Assembly (NCBI RefSeq): GCF_006345805.1
Contig: NC_042998.1
Coordinates: forward strand, 120,590,001 to 120,654,000
From: Octopus sinensis
Taxonomy: Eukaryota
Direction: 5' to 3'
DNA: 64,000 nucleotides
Part shown: in pieces, positions 62,411 through 64,000 of the stretch
Position numbering within the stretch: position 1 is the first letter of the stretch
Layout: each line of letters starts with the position of its first letter
Made by a program: the position numbers and the translations under genes
The notes under the pieces: generated by a model
Database searches by the model: none
Told to the model about the DNA's origin: nothing
Seen by the model: only the letters and a program-made list of their open reading frames with translations

Positions 62411-64000
62411 ATTGTCACTGTAGCAGTGTAACATTGCCACTATGGTAGTGTAATAGATATAGAAGCTTTGCTACTAACACTGTCAGGGGAACAGTGTTTA
62501 AGCTGTCAGCTGTGCAATGTATCATTGTCATTAGGTCAGTGTAGTATGGTCACTATGGCAGTATAACATTGTAATTTACATAGTGTAATACTGTTGCTTG
62601 GGCAGTGTAATATGTTGACCAGACACGAACCTTCTTCCTCAGTTATGGAGTTTCAGAATAATGAACAGAATGAATATCTAACTTAAATAAATGTTTAACT
62701 AGTTTATTGGGTCAAAAGTCTCTACATCGACCACAAGTACTCTTTATCACTTATAATTAGCTTTAGATTCAGTTGAGTTTAGTGGGTAACAGAACGGTCT
62801 ACTCTCCTATGCAGTTAGACAACTTATTGCCAAAAATGTGTTAGCTCATCTACACAGCTAGACACAGTGAGACATATAAATAGTGTCTTTCAGTATGTTG
62901 ATCAAGTAGACCTGTGATCTATGAATTTTATACTGCAGTATCAAATGTCACTTTTGAAAATGGTAGATGTTTAAAAGAGGTTTGGCTGCTAATTTTAGTA
63001 GATCGAGCAATCATGCAGTGACTTTCTTGTTGGTTTGTTAGTATAAAGTTAATGCTTATCATCTAAGACATTTCAGACATGACCATCTTGTTTTTAGTGA
63101 TGTATAGGACTACAGTATGTAAATATGTTCTGTATAAGATAGTAGGGTGCATTTTGAGAGAAATTTATTTGCTATGTCTAGCAACTCAAACGATGATACG
63201 AAGGTTTTTGTCATTGGTGTGTCTGTCGTAAGTAGAAATAATCGCAAGAATTACTTCCCTTGTACTTTATAGCTAGTGTTAGTGGTCCCAATGTTGAGCG
63301 ATCTGAAGGTGATAGAAAATTTGTTGTGAAATTATAATCTCACAATCATAGTAATTATTAATTAAATGGACAGCAGTTCACATTAAGATGTCCTCAAAAT
63401 ATCACCCATCATTCTATGATAGCTTCATGTTATTGGTACATTGTGATTGATGGTTTTATATAGCTGTATGAGTTTCAACAAAGGAACCTCATCTGTTAAA
63501 CAAGACCAAGAACAGATCTTTCTATAGGAATTTTAAAACAAAGAAAATTCTAATTTGAGGTACAAGGTTGCTAGGAAGGTAGAATGTGTCTTTGACCAGT
63601 GAGGAAGATATTATTTGTATTTTTTAGCTGCCTTCTTATGCCATAAAAGCCGCCTGACTGATAATTTAACCTCCACTCATCGACAAGCTACTACCATAGA
63701 GCCATCAATGAACTGAATTTTTATTGTATAGACACATAATCTTTAATAGCACTGAAACGGCACCCAAAAGATTGCTCTTCCTCTCCAGAACCAGAGGAAG
63801 ACCTCATGGTAGTTATGGGCAAACTGTGGTCTGTGGGACTTTCTGACTGGCATGCCCAACAAAAAATTACCTTTATTTGTTTTAGTAGTGCTGCCAACCT
63901 GATGATGAACCATGTCTCATGCAACCTGCATCTTGGGAAAGTTTGCCTATGCCTACTCTGTGGACTCACTCATCTTGCTAGAAATACCAGCCAGATTTCT

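Larger units (their letters stand above)
61800..62610. repeat. Degenerate ~22 bp minisatellite (cactatggcagtgtaacattgt) interrupted by a SINE
   Basis: Recurrent ggcagtgtaacattg / cactatg units on both sides of 62010-62410. Confidence 0.65.

Noticed and set aside
63789-63808. Possible 20 nt micro-exon (ctccag/AACCAGAGGAAGACCTCATG/gtagtt, EPEEDLM) after FN3
   Set aside because: Phase is compatible but the donor is weak and there is no recognisable homology; needs RNA evidence

Overview
AT-rich, repeat-dense animal genomic DNA. The SINE/RTE/Tx1 repertoire and microsatellite load resemble a cephalopod such as Octopus (inference). The + strand carries seven phase-compatible exons (39644-61716) of a Trio/Kalirin RhoGEF, encoding a Ser-rich linker, the second SH3, Ig and FN3; the DH/PH and kinase exons were not found in the window. 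The rest is intron filled with RTE and CR1-like LINE remnants, tRNA-type SINEs, mariner and piggyBac-like MITEs, micro/minisatellites, and a young L1/Tx1 LINE inserted in a (GATA)n tract. The most striking feature is a 1.87 kb non-coding insertion in a (TA)n tract, 130 nt downstream of the SH3 exon. It is a tandem-plus-inverted concatemer of a ~535 bp unit, and each full unit holds a complete type I hammerhead ribozyme (retrozyme / Penelope-pLTR-like). Several degenerate hammerhead-core elements and fold-backs occur elsewhere. A SINE at ~62 kb has captured a decayed copy of the neighbouring FN3 exon. All alignments and folds were done by eye.
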